Positions 27,537 through 39,782 of a DNA stretch of 59,085 bases are shown in pieces. Source of the stretch: Chiloscyllium plagiosum (Eukaryota). Both the position numbers and the translations under genes were made by a program. The stretch's first letter is position 1. Every line of letters begins with the position of its first letter. The notes beneath the pieces were generated by a model, which saw nothing but the letters and a program-made list of their open reading frames with translations, did not search any database and was not told the DNA's origin. Location: the NCBI RefSeq assembly GCF_004010195.1, contig NC_057719.1, forward strand, positions 34,484,786-34,543,870, given 5' to 3'.

Positions 27537-28031
27537 TTGGGAGCCTCCTGTGAAGCGCTTCTGTGGTGTTTCCTCCGGCATTTATAGTGGTTTGTCTCTG
27601 CCGCTTCCGGTTGTCAAATTCAACCCAAACTCTGGGTCAGATATGTTGATGACACCTTTGTAATCATTAAAAACACAGAAATAGAAAACACACCGGATCA
27701 TCAACTCCACACTAACAGGAATCCGATTCACGAGAGAGGAAGAAAAGGATCTCTCCTAGATAGGGAACTGGGGATATCTTGCTGTATGGCACATTGAGAC
27801 ATCAATGTAACACGTACAGTGTGAGCCTGCAGCCTGCATGGCAAAACACTATACAGTTATTTACCAAATGGCCATGATAGTAACTGGATGGAGGTGAGAC
27901 TTCGGTCCACTCAAGGATGGTAACCATCAGGAGGTCCCAGTCCTGTCAGTTAGGGGCAGAGTCTGCATCAGTCATTGACCATGGTCAGTCATCCATGTGA
28001 GCTGGACATTGTCAGGAAATATGTCCCCACT

Positions 28032-28248
28032 CCCACTCACCTGTTGTACAATGCTACTTTTTCCCCACCCCCCCCCTCCTCTAGCTTATCTCTCCACGCT
28101 TCGGGCTCTCTGCCTTTATTCCTGATGAAGGGCTTTTGCCCGAAACGTCGATTTTACTGCTCCTTGGATGCTGCCTGAACTGCTGTGCTCTTCCAGCACC
28201 ACTAATCCAAAATCTGGTTTCCAGCATCTGCAGTCATTGTTTTTACCT
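28032..28248 (+). mobile_element. Family A pLTR nested in the family B PLE
   Basis: Pyrimidine-rich lead-in, hammerhead core, then ...CCAGCATCTGCAGTCATTGTTTTTACC end. Confidence 0.8.
28118..28153 (+). ncRNA. Minimal hammerhead ribozyme motif (family A)
   Basis: CUGAUGA (28122-28128), GGGC-UUUU-GCCC, GAAAC, GUC (28147-28149). Confidence 0.72.
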
Positions 28249-28899
28249 AGCCAGACTACTACGACCACTAGGACTCATAACAGCTCACAAACCAACAGCC
28301 ACTCTCAGACAACAACTCACAGGACAAAGGACCCGATACCCAGCATGAGCAAAACCAACGTAGTGTACAAATTCCCATGCAAGGACTGCACAAAACACTA
28401 CATAGGACAAACAGGAAGACAGTTAACGATCCGTATCCATGAACACCAACTAGCCACGAAACGACACGACCAGCTATCCTTAATAGCCACAAATGCAGAT
28501 GACAAGCAACATGAGTTCAACTGGGACAACACTACTATTATAAGACAAGCCAACGCAGAGAACAGCCAGGGAATTCCTAGAGGCATGGCACTCATCCATA
28601 GACCCTATCAACAAACACATCGACCTGGACCCAATATACCGGCCACTGCAGCGGACAGCTGGAACTGACAACCGGAAGCGGCAGAGACAAACCACTATAA
28701 ATGCCGGAGGAAACATCACAGAAGCGCTTCACAGGAGGCTCCCAAGCACTGAGGATGTCACCTCAACAGGGGATGAAGCGTCTGCAACACAAATTCCCAG
28801 CTCGGCGAACAGAACCACAACAATGACAGCATGTTTTGTCTCCTTCTCATGCCCTCAATTAATACCTGCCATGGTAACAAATAGGAAGCCTAGTGGCAA

Positions 28900-29240
28900 T
28901 GACTGTGGTAACGTGCCTTGTCAGGATTTGAATCCACAGAAGAGAAGATGCCAAAAGCTGCCACTTGCTGTAAGGGCACCTGTGGTTAGCACGTAACACA
29001 GAATTTGCATCCCTACAGTGCTAGTAGCTGTCAAAGTACAGTGGCCAAAAATGTGGCTGTCAGTACCTTCCTACAGGCTTGCTGAAGTGTTGTCATTTAG
29101 AGGATGCTGCTGTTGAGAGGCATAGAAAGAAAACCTCCTCCCAAGCAATTCATGCAAAACTGTTCTGATTTCAGAAGTCATATAATGAATTTAAATTCTG
29201 GAATATGACAGGATTTCCGCAGACTCATGCGTATGGGTCC
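28900..29240 (+). mobile_element. Possible Harbinger transposase remnant
   Basis: With a frameshift, reads AVKV-TVAKN (cf. AVKVTVALN); later TGFPQTH (cf. AGFPQVQG). Heavily decayed. Confidence 0.35.
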
Positions 29241-30124
29241 CTGGCTTGCTACATCTTAGTCCCATGCACCCGCTGCTGATCTGTGCAGGTTCTGTTGAGC
29301 ATACTAAATTATTATGCCTTACTTTCCAATAATTGCCCCGACCTCTTTAACTTTGACTTATCATATTCCTGGCTGATCAGCAATGTTATCACTGAACCCC
29401 TGCGTGTCCTTCTAGACTTCTGAGTCACTATGCTCTAAAGACAATATCCTAAAGGCTTGTTTTTATCTGTCAATGCAATATATCAGTCGTAATATCTTCC
29501 TGCTCATCTTTACACAAAGCCATATTGTTCGGGAGAGATATTACATTTGCAGCAAATATACTTTTCCTTCCATAGTAAGTGCTATATCTATTGAAAAAGC
29601 TAAAGATTCTTCATGTGATTTCTTCAATTGTCAGGCAATTACTTCACAAATGAAAAGACAGAGATTATTCAAAGTCAGTTATGTTCCAGTCTAAAGCCAT
29701 GCATTTAAACCCTACTGTATATTTACTCACTCCAGCATTCACGTACCATCTAAGCATGGGAAGAATAACTTTTCTTAAAATAAATTCTAACCACTACTAA
29801 TCAAATTATTAGTCCTGTCACTTCATAATCTAAGAGATTCTATTTCTACATAGATGTATTCCAACTGCTTGTGAAAATGTGAGTTCCTGCAGTGGTAATA
29901 ATACCTATCTGGCCATAACTGCGATGTATGAAATTACTTGGGCAGTAATACAACTTACTACAGAAGTTACATAGCAGTAGTCCGAATGTAATTGTAACTC
30001 TGCTTAGTGTACACCCTCCTTTAACCCACAGGAAGCCTGTCGGAAAAGTATTTGGAGCAGGATTCTGACAGTTTCTGCCAGGATTGTGTCAGATGGTGCC
30101 TTCCAGCAATGATTTAGTGAGGCT

Positions 30125-30400
30125 TTCTTTTTCATTCAAGGGATGTGAATATCACTGGTCAGGCCACAATGTATTTATCATCCTGTAACCATCCTGAAGA
30201 AGAGACTGGTGATGCCTCCTTGAACCATCGCAGACCTTGAGGGATAGCAAACCCACAGTACTGTTAGTTAGGTGGTTTCAGGATTTTGACCCAGCAACTA
30301 TGAAGGAAAGGCAATATAGTTCCATGTCACGATGAACAGTGGCTTAGAGCGGCAACTGGTAGTGTTCCCACACATCTATTTCCCTTGTGCTCTGAGGTAC
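30125..30400 (-). mobile_element. LINE 3' end fragment (CR1/L2 group)
   Basis: TTCATTCAAGGGATGTGAATATCACTGG... tail shared with 35435 and the SINE at 49748. Confidence 0.6.
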
Positions 30401-31348
30401 TGTTGAAAATTGGGGTCCCTTTAAAACTGAAATTTTCTTGCATTTCCTGTGCAACATACAATTCCATTTAATGCTGTTAAAGCAGTTATTTGCTTCACCA
30501 AGCATAAAATATCTATAATAAACAAGACAAAAGAAAGATGTCAATAGAGACCGCCAAGGTCATGTGTTCCAAAGGTTGACATCAAAGAGCAATATGATAT
30601 CATATGTATTCTATAATCAAGGTAGTATTTAAGAAAATTAAAGCATTGTTCTCAAAAACAAATGAAAACTATCCTTCAGATGAAAGTGGGAAAGTGACAA
30701 GCAGTTATCCTGATATTATGAAGCAGAAAGGGAAGGTAAAGGAACGTTCAGCACAGTTAGAGACATTGTCATAAGCCTGCTCTTTTCCCGAGTGGTATTA
30801 AAAGGGTCCCCAGTACAGAATCAATGACTGTTACAGTGAGGCCATATCTTGCATTCAAGTTAAGTCATTTTGAAACAGTGGTGTTATTTATAGTCAAATA
30901 TTTAAAATTGATTGAAAAAAACTTTAAAAGTTTTTAAGAAGTTGACAATATTCTAAAATGCTGCATAATTTCTCTGTTGTGATCATACAGGTTGTGAGAG
31001 CAGTAGTTTGCTTTCACAAACATATAGGTAAACTAAGTTTGGCAGAAATCAGAACTCAGAACTAGAGAACTGGCAGAAAAAGGGTAACAATTGTAAAGTT
31101 CCTTTTGTAAACAGATGTACCTCTTTAATTCTTCTGGCCTTAGAGTCCTCAATATCACAAAAAAAAACCATTGGGTGAGAATCATATCACAAAATGCTAA
31201 TAAATATTTGAGACAATCAGAATGGTTGGGTAAAGCCAACCAAAAGATAATAAAATATTCTTAAATAGTTTGAAATCATTGGGAAAGGTCTTCTTTTCTT
31301 AAAACAAAGTGCACAAAATTACAATGTGATGTCGCTTGGTGAATGTTC

Positions 31349-31691
31349 ATAGAATCCCTACAGTGTGGAAACTGGCTATTTGGCCCATCAAGTCCACACC
31401 GACCCTCAGAAGAGTAACCCACCCAGACACCTAACCTATTACTCTACATTTACGCCTGACTAATGCACCTAACCTACACATCCCTGAACACTATGGGCAA
31501 TTTATCATAGCTACCTTACCTAACCTGCACATCTTCCGATTGTGGGAGGAAACCAGAGCACCCTGAGGAAACCCACACAAACATTGGGAGAATATACAAA
31601 TTTCACACAAGCTGTCGCCCAAGGCTGGACTCAAACCTGGGTCCCTGGCACCATGAAGCAGCAGTGCTAACCACTGAGCCACCATGCCACC
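31349..31691 (-). mobile_element. HE1-type SINE, full length
   Basis: GGTGGCATGGTGGCTCAGTGGTTAGCACTGCTGC head, V domain, ...TTTCCACACTGTAGGGATTCTATG tail. Confidence 0.9.
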
Positions 31692-31931
31692 CATTAATGG
31701 TCTATCCTACCTCTTCTCAGATCAGCAGAGAGATCAAATTTTCTGCTGGCTGTCTTTTAAAATGTTACCACACACCTTCCTCATTGGTAGTTGTATGGTT
31801 TTGGACATTATTACATTTTAAATTTGTGCATTTACAGATATGGCTGGATATTATTAACCTATTGGGTTTCGAACCAAAGTCTGCGTGGATTTTGATTTTA
31901 TATTTTTAAACAACCACCAAGCTGCTAACAT

Positions 31932-32119
31932 GGGAGTTGGTTAGCTCAGTTGGCTGAACGGTTGGTTTGTGATGCAAAGTGAGGCTAATAGCATGGGTTG
32001 AATTCCTGTACCAGCTGAGGTTACCTTGAAGGACTCTTGTTCTCAACCTCTTCCTGGTTTTGAGGTATGGTGGTCCTCAGGTTAAACTACTACCAGTTTT
32101 GTGTATCTCTCATGAGAGA
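31932..32119 (+). mobile_element. tRNA-derived SINE split by the PLE; continues at 34298-34338
   Basis: GGTTAGCTCAGTTGG A box, GGGTTGAATTCC B box, CCTCAGGTTAAACTACTACCAG core; an uninterrupted homologue lies at 54742-54934. Confidence 0.75.
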
Positions 32120-32208
32120 TGATTTGGAGATGCCGGTGTTGAAATGGGGTGTACAAAGTTAAAAATCACACAACACCAGGTTATAGTCCAACAGGTTTAA
32201 TTGGAAGC

Positions 32209-32245
32209 ACACTAGCTTTCGGAGCATCGCTCCTTCGTCAGGTGG
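32209..32245 (-). ncRNA. Minimal hammerhead ribozyme motif (family C)
   Basis: Minus strand CAC-CUGACGA-A-GGAGC-GAU-GCUCC-GAAA-G-CUA-GUG; stem I CAC/GUG, palindromic AGCU stem III. Confidence 0.72.
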
Positions 32246-32815
32246 TAGTGGCGGGCTCAATCCTAACACAGAGAATTTATAGCAAAAAATTACAGTGTGA
32301 TGTTACTGAAATTATAAATTGAAAAAGTGATTGTCTGTTAAGCCTTTCATCTGTTAGGATACCGTGATAGTTTCACTTCTTTCATGTGTAAATCACAAAA
32401 CCTTTTTTTTAAAAAGTTGCATTCTCAGGTTAGCTGTTAACAATGGTAATAGCTAGACAATATGTTGAAGGTGTTAGCCCCCTGTGTTCTTGTCTCTGCC
32501 ATGATGTTTAGATTGATTCTAAGCTAAAAAGTGAGATAACAGAGTTTTACATGAATTCATGCAGTTTTTGAGCAAAGTACAATGTAACCCTGCAAGTACA
32601 AATTCACCCCACAAAATATATGTGTGCATATGGGACTTTGTCTGTGTGTGTGTGTGTGTCTGGGTTGGGGGTTGTGAGTGTGAGAAAGTGTATGTGTGTG
32701 TGTAGTGAGTGTAGAGTGTCTTAAGTCTGTGAGGGGGTGTATGTGTGAGTGTGGGAGTGAGCGTGTCTGTAAGGGTGTGTGTGGGTGTCTGTGTGTGTAT
32801 ATAATGCAATGGTGG

Positions 32816-34210
32816 TCACCTGTAATGTGACATGAACCCAAGGTCCCGGTTGAGGCCCTCCCTATGGGTACCGCACTTAGCTATCCGTCTCTGCTCGGCC
32901 ACTTTGCGCTGCTGCCTATCCCGAAGTTCGCCTCGGAGGATGGTCACCCGAAGGTCCGAGGTTGAATGCCCTGAACCACTGAAGTGTTCCCCAACTGGGA
33001 GGGAACACTCCTGTCTGTTGATTGTTGTGCGATGCCCATTCATCCGTTGTCGTAGCCTTTGCTCGGTTTCCCCAATGTGCCATGCCTCCGGGCATCCTTG
33101 CCTGCAGCGTATAAGGTAGACAACGTTGGCTGACTCACATGAGTACCTGCCATGTACAAGGTGGGAGGTGTCCCCACGCGTAATGGTGTTATCTATGTCC
33201 ACACTCTGACACGTCTTGCAGCGCCTACCGTGACAGGGTTGTATGGAGTTGTCCTGAGAGCCGGGCAGCTTGCTACGAACAATGATCTGTTTGAGATTTG
33301 GTGGTTGTTTAAAGGCAAGTAGTGGGGGTGTGGGGAAGGTCTTGGTGAGGTGCTCATCCTCATTGATAATGTGTTGCAGATCATGAAGAACATGGTGTAG
33401 TTTGTCAGCTCCTGGGAAATACTGAACAATGAAGGGTACCCTGTCAGTTGCAGCATGTGTCTGTCTCCTGAGGAGGTCATTACAGTTCTTTGCTGTGGTA
33501 CGTCAGAACTGGCGGTTGATGAGTTGGGCACCGTACCCCGTTCTTGTGAGGGCATTCCTGAGTACTTCCAGGTGTCTGTCACGTTCCTCCTCATCTGAGC
33601 AGATGCGGTATACGCGTCGGGCTTGTCCATAGGGAATGGCTGTTTTAATATGTTTTGGGTGGAAGCTGGAGAAGTGTAGCACTGCAAGGTTGTCTGCGGG
33701 TTTGCGGTAGAGTGTGGTGCTGAGGTGTCCGTCCTTGATGGAGATGCATGTGTCCAAGAATGAGACAGATAGTCGAGAGTAGTCCATGGTGAGTTTGATG
33801 GTGGGATGAAATTTGTTGATGTCACTGTGTAGTTTTATCAGTGACTCCTCACCATGGGTCCAGAGGAAGAAAATGTCATCAATGTACCTGGTGTATAATG
33901 TTGGTTGGAGATCCTGCATAGAGAAGAAGTCTTGTTCAAACCTGTGCATAAAAATGTTGACATATTGGGGTGCAAATCTGGTCCCCGTGGCTGTTCCATG
34001 TGTCTGGATGAAGAACTGGTTGTCAAAGGTGAAGATGTTGTGATCAAGGATAAAGCGGATGAGTTGTAGGATGGTGTTTGGAGATTGGCAGTTGTTGGTG
34101 TTGAGTACTGAGGCTGTTGCCGCCATGCCATCATTGTGGGGGATGCTGGTGTAGAGTGCGGAAACACCCATTGTGTCGAGGAATGTTCCCGGTTCGATTC
34201 TCTCACACAC
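32816..34210 (-). pseudogene. Disrupted PLE ORF: reverse transcriptase C-terminal half + GIY-YIG endonuclease
   Basis: SALYTSIP, QTHGTATGTRFAP, YTRYIDDIFFLW, FLDTCI, LYRKP; NVVYLIRC...WHIGETEQRLRQRMNGHR; premature stop at 33503. Confidence 0.93.
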
Positions 34211-34414
34211 ACAGGCACTTCTATACAGCTAGTGTGCTTCCAATTAAACCTGTTGGACGATAACCTGGTGTTGTGTGATTTTTAATCTCATGAGAGAGTA
34301 ACCCTAAGATCTGGTAAGATAAAGGCAACTTTACCTTTAGTACAATACTTATACATCTTATAGATTCAAGAACTTACCCACAGTTATCATATTTGAAGTA
34401 AAGATTTTGCATAA

Positions 34415-34745
34415 AGTTTGGGAGAAGATTTGTAGCTCGGGTGCTCGTTATTGTGGTTCTGTTCACCGAGCTGGGAATTTGTGTTACAGATGTTTCATCC
34501 CTGTCTAGGTGACATCCTCAGTGCTTGGGACCCTCCTGTGAAGCGCTTCTGTGATGTTTCCTNNNNNNNNNNNNNNNNNNNNAATAGTGGTGTTGTCCCA
34601 GTCGAATTCATATTGCTTGTCATCTGTGTGTGTGGCTACTAAGGATAGCTGGTCGTGTCGTTTCGTGGCTAGTTGGTGTTCATGGATGCGGATCGTTAGC
34701 TGTCTTCCTGTTTGTCCTATGTAGTGTTTTTTTGCAGTCCTTGCA
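34415..34745 (-). mobile_element. PLE family B pLTR + GIY-YIG fragment (N gap 34563-34582)
   Basis: Near-identical to 27430-27575 and to the reverse complement of 28376-28540. Confidence 0.85.
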
Positions 34746-34845
34746 TTTTAGAGACTTGATCTTGTTATCTTCTGAGACTATGGCTGAATCTTTTCACCTA
34801 GTCCAAGTTAATTCTGATCTCTGTCTCTCTGCACCTTCTCAGCAA

Positions 34846-34982
34846 CTGTAACACTGTATTCTGCACTCTGTTCTGCTACCCTGATGCACTTTGTATGGTA
34901 CAATCTTCCTGTATAACATGCAAAAAGCACATTTCCCTGTATCTTAGTAAATATGACAACAATAAATAAGTCAATAAATCAA
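34846..34982 (+). mobile_element. Probable Rex1/Babar-type LINE 3' tail
   Basis: ...CTGTATCTTAGTAAATATGACAACAATAAATAAGTCAATAAATCAA; recognised by eye only. Confidence 0.45.
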
Positions 34983-35344
34983 GTTATGTCAAATTTTTTG
35001 GTGACTTTGTTGCTGCGAGGTCTAGTAAATTCTCCCAAATATTTAATCAAATTTGTCTCATGAATTACCTACGCTACTCCACAGCATGTCACATCCAATT
35101 TCTAACATACACCATTCCTGGAACAACTCACTATTCAATGGATATCCCAGAATTCATAGAAGTCCCTTGTGCCAAATCCCTTTAAAACATCCAGGGAAGC
35201 ATTGTCAGTCCAGAGCAACTCAATCAAAACTGCTGGAGCGTAACAAATTGTAATTTATTGCCACATCAGGTTTTTTTTTGTTAGACTCAATACTAAGCTG
35301 ATGTTTGACCTATTGCAAGTCTTTTTGTTTAACATTTTAAGATG

Positions 35345-35950
35345 ATTGCTAAAAGTGCTAGAGGCAACACGAGGAAATGCTTACTAATTCAATAAGTGGT
35401 TAGAATTTGGAATGCATCAATTAAAAGGGTTTTCTTTTACTCTTTCATGGATGTCACTGGTTGGGTTAGCATTTATTGCTCATTCCTAAGTGTCCTTGAG
35501 AAGGTAGTACTGAGTTACCTTCTTAAACCATTGCAGTCCATATTGTGTGGACACACCCACAGTACTGTGAGGGTGGAAGTTGCAGCATTTTGACCCAGTG
35601 AGAGTAAAGATGTAATGACAGATTCCCAAGTCTGGGTTGTGTGTGACTTGGAGAAGAACTTACAGGTGGCAGTGCTTCCAAGAATCAGCTGTCTTTGTCC
35701 TTCAAAGTGCTAGAGGTCTTGGGTTTGGATGCATTAAAAGAGACTTGGTGAGTTGTTTAAATGCATATGACTGATGGCAACAGATTCAATCGTAGCTTTC
35801 AAAAAAGGAATCAGATGAAAAAAACTTGAAGCTGACAGAATTGTCACGGTTATGTAGAGAGTCTAGGGGAATGGGACTAACTTACATGATCTTCACAATA
35901 GCCGGCACAGACATAATGGGCCAACAGCTCCTTCCGTGCTGTAGTCTTCC
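35345..35950. mobile_element. Decayed CR1 3' end (+) interrupted by a LINE tail (-, 35435-35770)
   Basis: GTGGTTAGAATTTGGAATGCA...; inner segment homologous to 30125-30400. Confidence 0.55.
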
Positions 35951-37217
35951 TACAATTCTCATTGAGTTGCGACTTAATTGATTACCCTTAGGTATTTGAT
36001 ATGAGGTCACAAATATAATTAATTGAAATCATGTTGCTTGTGCTTCCTGTCACCAATATTCAATACTGACAGTTACAATATCAAGCTTTACTACTGCAAG
36101 CAGAACCAAACATTATCTTCTTGTATACCTCATACGTATAGATTCCACAATTATCTCAGATAATATTCCAACAGGGCCTCCCCAGAAACCATACTGCTGG
36201 ATGATATTATGAATTGATCAAAGATTTTTAAAAATGTGAGAACTTTGTTTGATAAGTAAAGATCAAATCACTTGTCATGCTGATCATTCCAATATTCCCA
36301 TATGGTTCAAAGGAATTAAATTTCATGCAAACCAAGGAAGAACAGCTTGATGTATTTGAAACACATCTCCTAAGATAGTTTTTTTAAGCCAAGAACCTGA
36401 CAAATAATTGGCTGTGACTCAGTGTACAAGTGTTCTGAATTAGTACAGCTCGCCAGAAAAGCTGTGTGAAAGACGATAGCAATTGATCAGCCATCTGGAG
36501 AGAATAGAAAATAGCTAATAAGGAAGAAAAAAACATACCAGAACAAAATTTCTGAAGATGAAGAAACACCATGGTGCAGCTTACAAACAATGAATGAGGC
36601 ACTAGCCACTGTTTGCACTAACCATAAACTTGAGATGATATAGCAGCATGATTCACTCTGAAAGGGAGCAGATACGTGAGTAAAAAATCATTACAGTATA
36701 AATGCTCTTGACCTTTAGTACTGGTTCAAAAGGTTTTTGATTACATGCAATTGTAAAGCTATTGAATAAAGCCAGAGGCAGAGGCTGGTTGGCTCAAAGG
36801 AGCAGTGGACTGAAACAGTCTGGAGTTTGAACCAGTGTTACTTCAGTTTGAACCATACAGAGAGTAACTCAGACTCGGTGTCAAAACAGATTTAGAATTT
36901 ACTTGAGGCTACCTCTTGGAGCCTGAATACTTTTTCTCAAATGTAATTAAATGGATGGGAACAAAAAAATTAACGGAGCAAAACTGACTAGAAATTTCAT
37001 AAATGCATTCCAACAAAGATCAAAGCCCAAATTTGAAGGAAGCCTCAAAATCCACATGGCAACAATCAGTTGAGTACTTTCAGACAATGACACAGGAAGT
37101 TTTTCAGACCTGACAGAAAACATGTAGGAACAGGAAACATTTACAACTCCAAGGTAGAAGTACAGTGTAGTCTGTGGCAAAACAGATACATCCAAATATT
37201 TTGATCAATATATCATT

Positions 37218-38541
37218 TATAGAGTCATAGAGATATACAACACAGAAACAGACCCTTCGGTCCAACTCGTCCACGCCAACCAGATATTCTAAATTAATCT
37301 ATTCCCATTTGCCAGCACTTGACCCATATCCCTCTAAACCCTTCAAATTCATATACCTATCCAAATGCCTAAACCACTTCTTCTGGCAGCTCATTCAATA
37401 CATGCACCACACTATGAATGAAAAAATTGCCTCTTAGGTCCCTTTTAAATCTATCCCCTCTCACCTTAAACCTATGCCCTCTAGTTCTGGACTCCCCCAC
37501 CCCAGGAAAAAGACTTTGTCTATTTATCCTATTCATGCCTTTCCATGATTTTATAAACCTCTATAAGGTCACCCCTCAGCCTCTGACGCTGCAGGGAAAA
37601 CAGCCCCAGCCTGTTCAGCCTCTCCCTGTAGCTCAAATCCTCCAACCCTGGGATCCTTGTAAATATTTCTGAACCCTTGCACGTTTCACAACATCTTTCT
37701 TATAGGAGGGAGACCAGGATTGCACACAATATTCCAAAAGTGGCCTAACCAATGTCCTGTACAGCCACAACATGACATCCCAACTCCTGTACTCAATGCA
37801 ATGACCAATAAAGGAAAGCATACCAAAGGTCTTGTTCACTATCCTGCAACTCCACTTTCAAGTAACTATGAATCTGCACTCCAAGGTCTCTTTGTTCAGC
37901 AACACTCCTCAGGACCTTACCATTAAGTATGTTAGTCCTGCCCTGATTTGCCTTTCCAAATCACAGCACCTCACATTTATCTGAATTAATCTCCATTGCC
38001 ACTCCTCAGCCCATTGGCCCAACTGATCAAGATCCCATTGTACTCTGAGGTAACCTTCTTCGCTGTCCACTACACCTCCAATTTTGGTGTCATCTGCAAA
38101 TTTACTAACTATACCTCCTATGTTCACATCCATATATATAATTTATATAAATGACAAAAGGTAGTGGACCCAGCACCAATCCCTGTGACACACCACTGGT
38201 CACATGCCTCCAGTCTGAAAAGCAACCTTCCAGCACCACCCTCTGTCTTCTACCTACAAGCCAAATGGTTTGTTCTCCTTGTATTCCATGTGATCTGATC
38301 TTGCAAACCAGTCTCCCATGGGGAGCCTTGTTGAACGCCTTACTGAAGTCCATATAGATCACATTCACCACTCTGCCTTCGTCAATCCTCTTTGTTACTT
38401 CTTCAAAAAAACTTAGTCAAGTTATTGAGACAATTTCCCATGCACAAAACCATGCTGACTATCCCTAAACAGTCTTTACCTTTCCAAATACATGTAAATC
38501 CTGCCCCTCAGGATTCCCTCCAACAATTCGCCCACCACCGA
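37218..38541 (-). mobile_element. CR1/HER1 5'-truncated copy
   Basis: IYMDFSKAF, SQGLVLGP, SKFADDTKIGG, LVRPLLEYCVQSW; tail at 37218. Confidence 0.92.
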
Positions 38542-39379
38542 TGTTTACTCAAGTACCTTGTAATATTGAAGCCAACAAACAGACAGTATTAAACCAGTAA
38601 GCAACAAAATAAGCAAGCTATTTAATGTTAAGCTAGTGAACTCTTTCCAGAAATACTTCCATGCACACTCAAACTTGCAGACAGACTGGAAAAGTTTGTA
38701 GAGATGAGTGGTCTATCTCTTCTCTGTCTCTGCAGAAGTTGGTGTCACACTGCAGTTGAACTCTCTAGGAGGAGTTTCCTTTCACCTTGAGTATCTTCAA
38801 ACTCTCAGTGGAATCTCTGCAGCTTTTCCAAGGCCAAATCCACAGTTATATTGTACATTTCAGATATATTTCCAGAAAGTTTCGCTGAACCCTCCAATTA
38901 CAGTACAGTCCTTAATCATCAGAGTTAGTTTCAATATTCCATTCCAGGGGTACCAATCTAGGTGCCAGTCTTTCCCAGGGAAGAGTTCAAATGCAAATAT
39001 CCCCTTTGTTTCCACAGATACCAGATAACAGTTGTGCCCATTAACACACTCTTAGACTCGGATGTTCTCATTCGCATCCTGGTGTTGTGTCCTGATTGCA
39101 TTTGCAGACTGTCTGAAGTTTGCAGAAAGTTTATCCAACACATCTTTACTCATTCTTATTCAGATCCCATAATTCCACTTGATTGACCAATTCTTAATCC
39201 TGGGAGCCCAGCTGTCTCCTGGCTACAACAGGCTATTTTATGAACTCATGGTCTGTGGACACAGTACCAAGTCTGAGTTGAGCCAATGAACCAACCTTAC
39301 TTTGAGGATTGAAAAATCCATTACACAAAAAGGAGCGATCTTAAATGGCAATTTAAACCAAGAAAAAGCATTTTTTTAC

Positions 39380-39782
39380 TGGAGATGCAACTTCTTTGAA
39401 AGTGGAGTTGCAGGTAGACAGGGTAGTGAAGAAGGCATTGGGCATGCTCACCTTCATTGGTCAGAGCATTGAATAAAGGAGTCATATTGTGGCTTTACAG
39501 GACACTGCTGAGGCCATGTTTTGAGTACTGCATTCAATTCTGGTCACCCTTCCATAGGAAGGTGGTGTTAAACTTGAGAGGGTGCAAAAAAGATTAACAC
39601 GATGTTGCCAGGACTGGAGGGTTTGAAGTTTAGGGAGAAGCTAAATAGGCTGTGATCTCTATCCCTGGAGTGTCGGAGGCAGAGGAAGTGATCTTATAGA
39701 GGTTTATAAAATGAGGGGCATGGAGAGGATAAACAGACAAGGTCTTTTCCCCAGGGTGGGAAAGTACAGAACTGAAGGGCAT
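39380..39782 (+). mobile_element. CR1 3' fragment, continued at 43915-44197
   Basis: Ends ...AACTGAAGGGCAT and resumes AGGTTTAAGATGAG..., matching the contiguous GGGCATAGGTTTAAG seen in other copies. Confidence 0.8.

Larger units (their letters stand above)
27423..28823 (+). mobile_element. Composite Penelope-like element (family B): inverted pLTR, RT fragment, unrelated insert, GIY-YIG endonuclease, pLTR
   Basis: 27617-27750 reads IQPKLWVRYVDDTFVII; 28340-28560 reads NVVYKFPCKDCTKHYIGQTGRQLTIRIHEH; 27460-27616 is the reverse complement of 28664-28820; TSD TGACAGCATGTT at 27411-27422 and 28824-28835. Confidence 0.9.
32120..34285 (-). mobile_element. Penelope-like element (family C), 5'-truncated, with inverted pLTR piece at its 5' end
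   Basis: RT and GIY-YIG ORFs, CA-rich 3' tract 32640-32800, pLTR at 32120-32250, inverted copy at 34227-34285; TSD TCTCATGAGAGA at 32108-32119 and 34286-34297. Confidence 0.95.

Noticed and set aside
30020..30115. Acceptor-like TTTAACCCACAG followed by short open frames
   Set aside because: No good donor, early stops, and no recognisable product.
31932..32015. tRNA gene
   Set aside because: A/B boxes belong to a SINE head; no intact cloverleaf.
38550..39350. Possible solo LTR (also 58088-58700)
   Set aside because: Only a compositional impression; no paired LTR, termini or TSD could be established.
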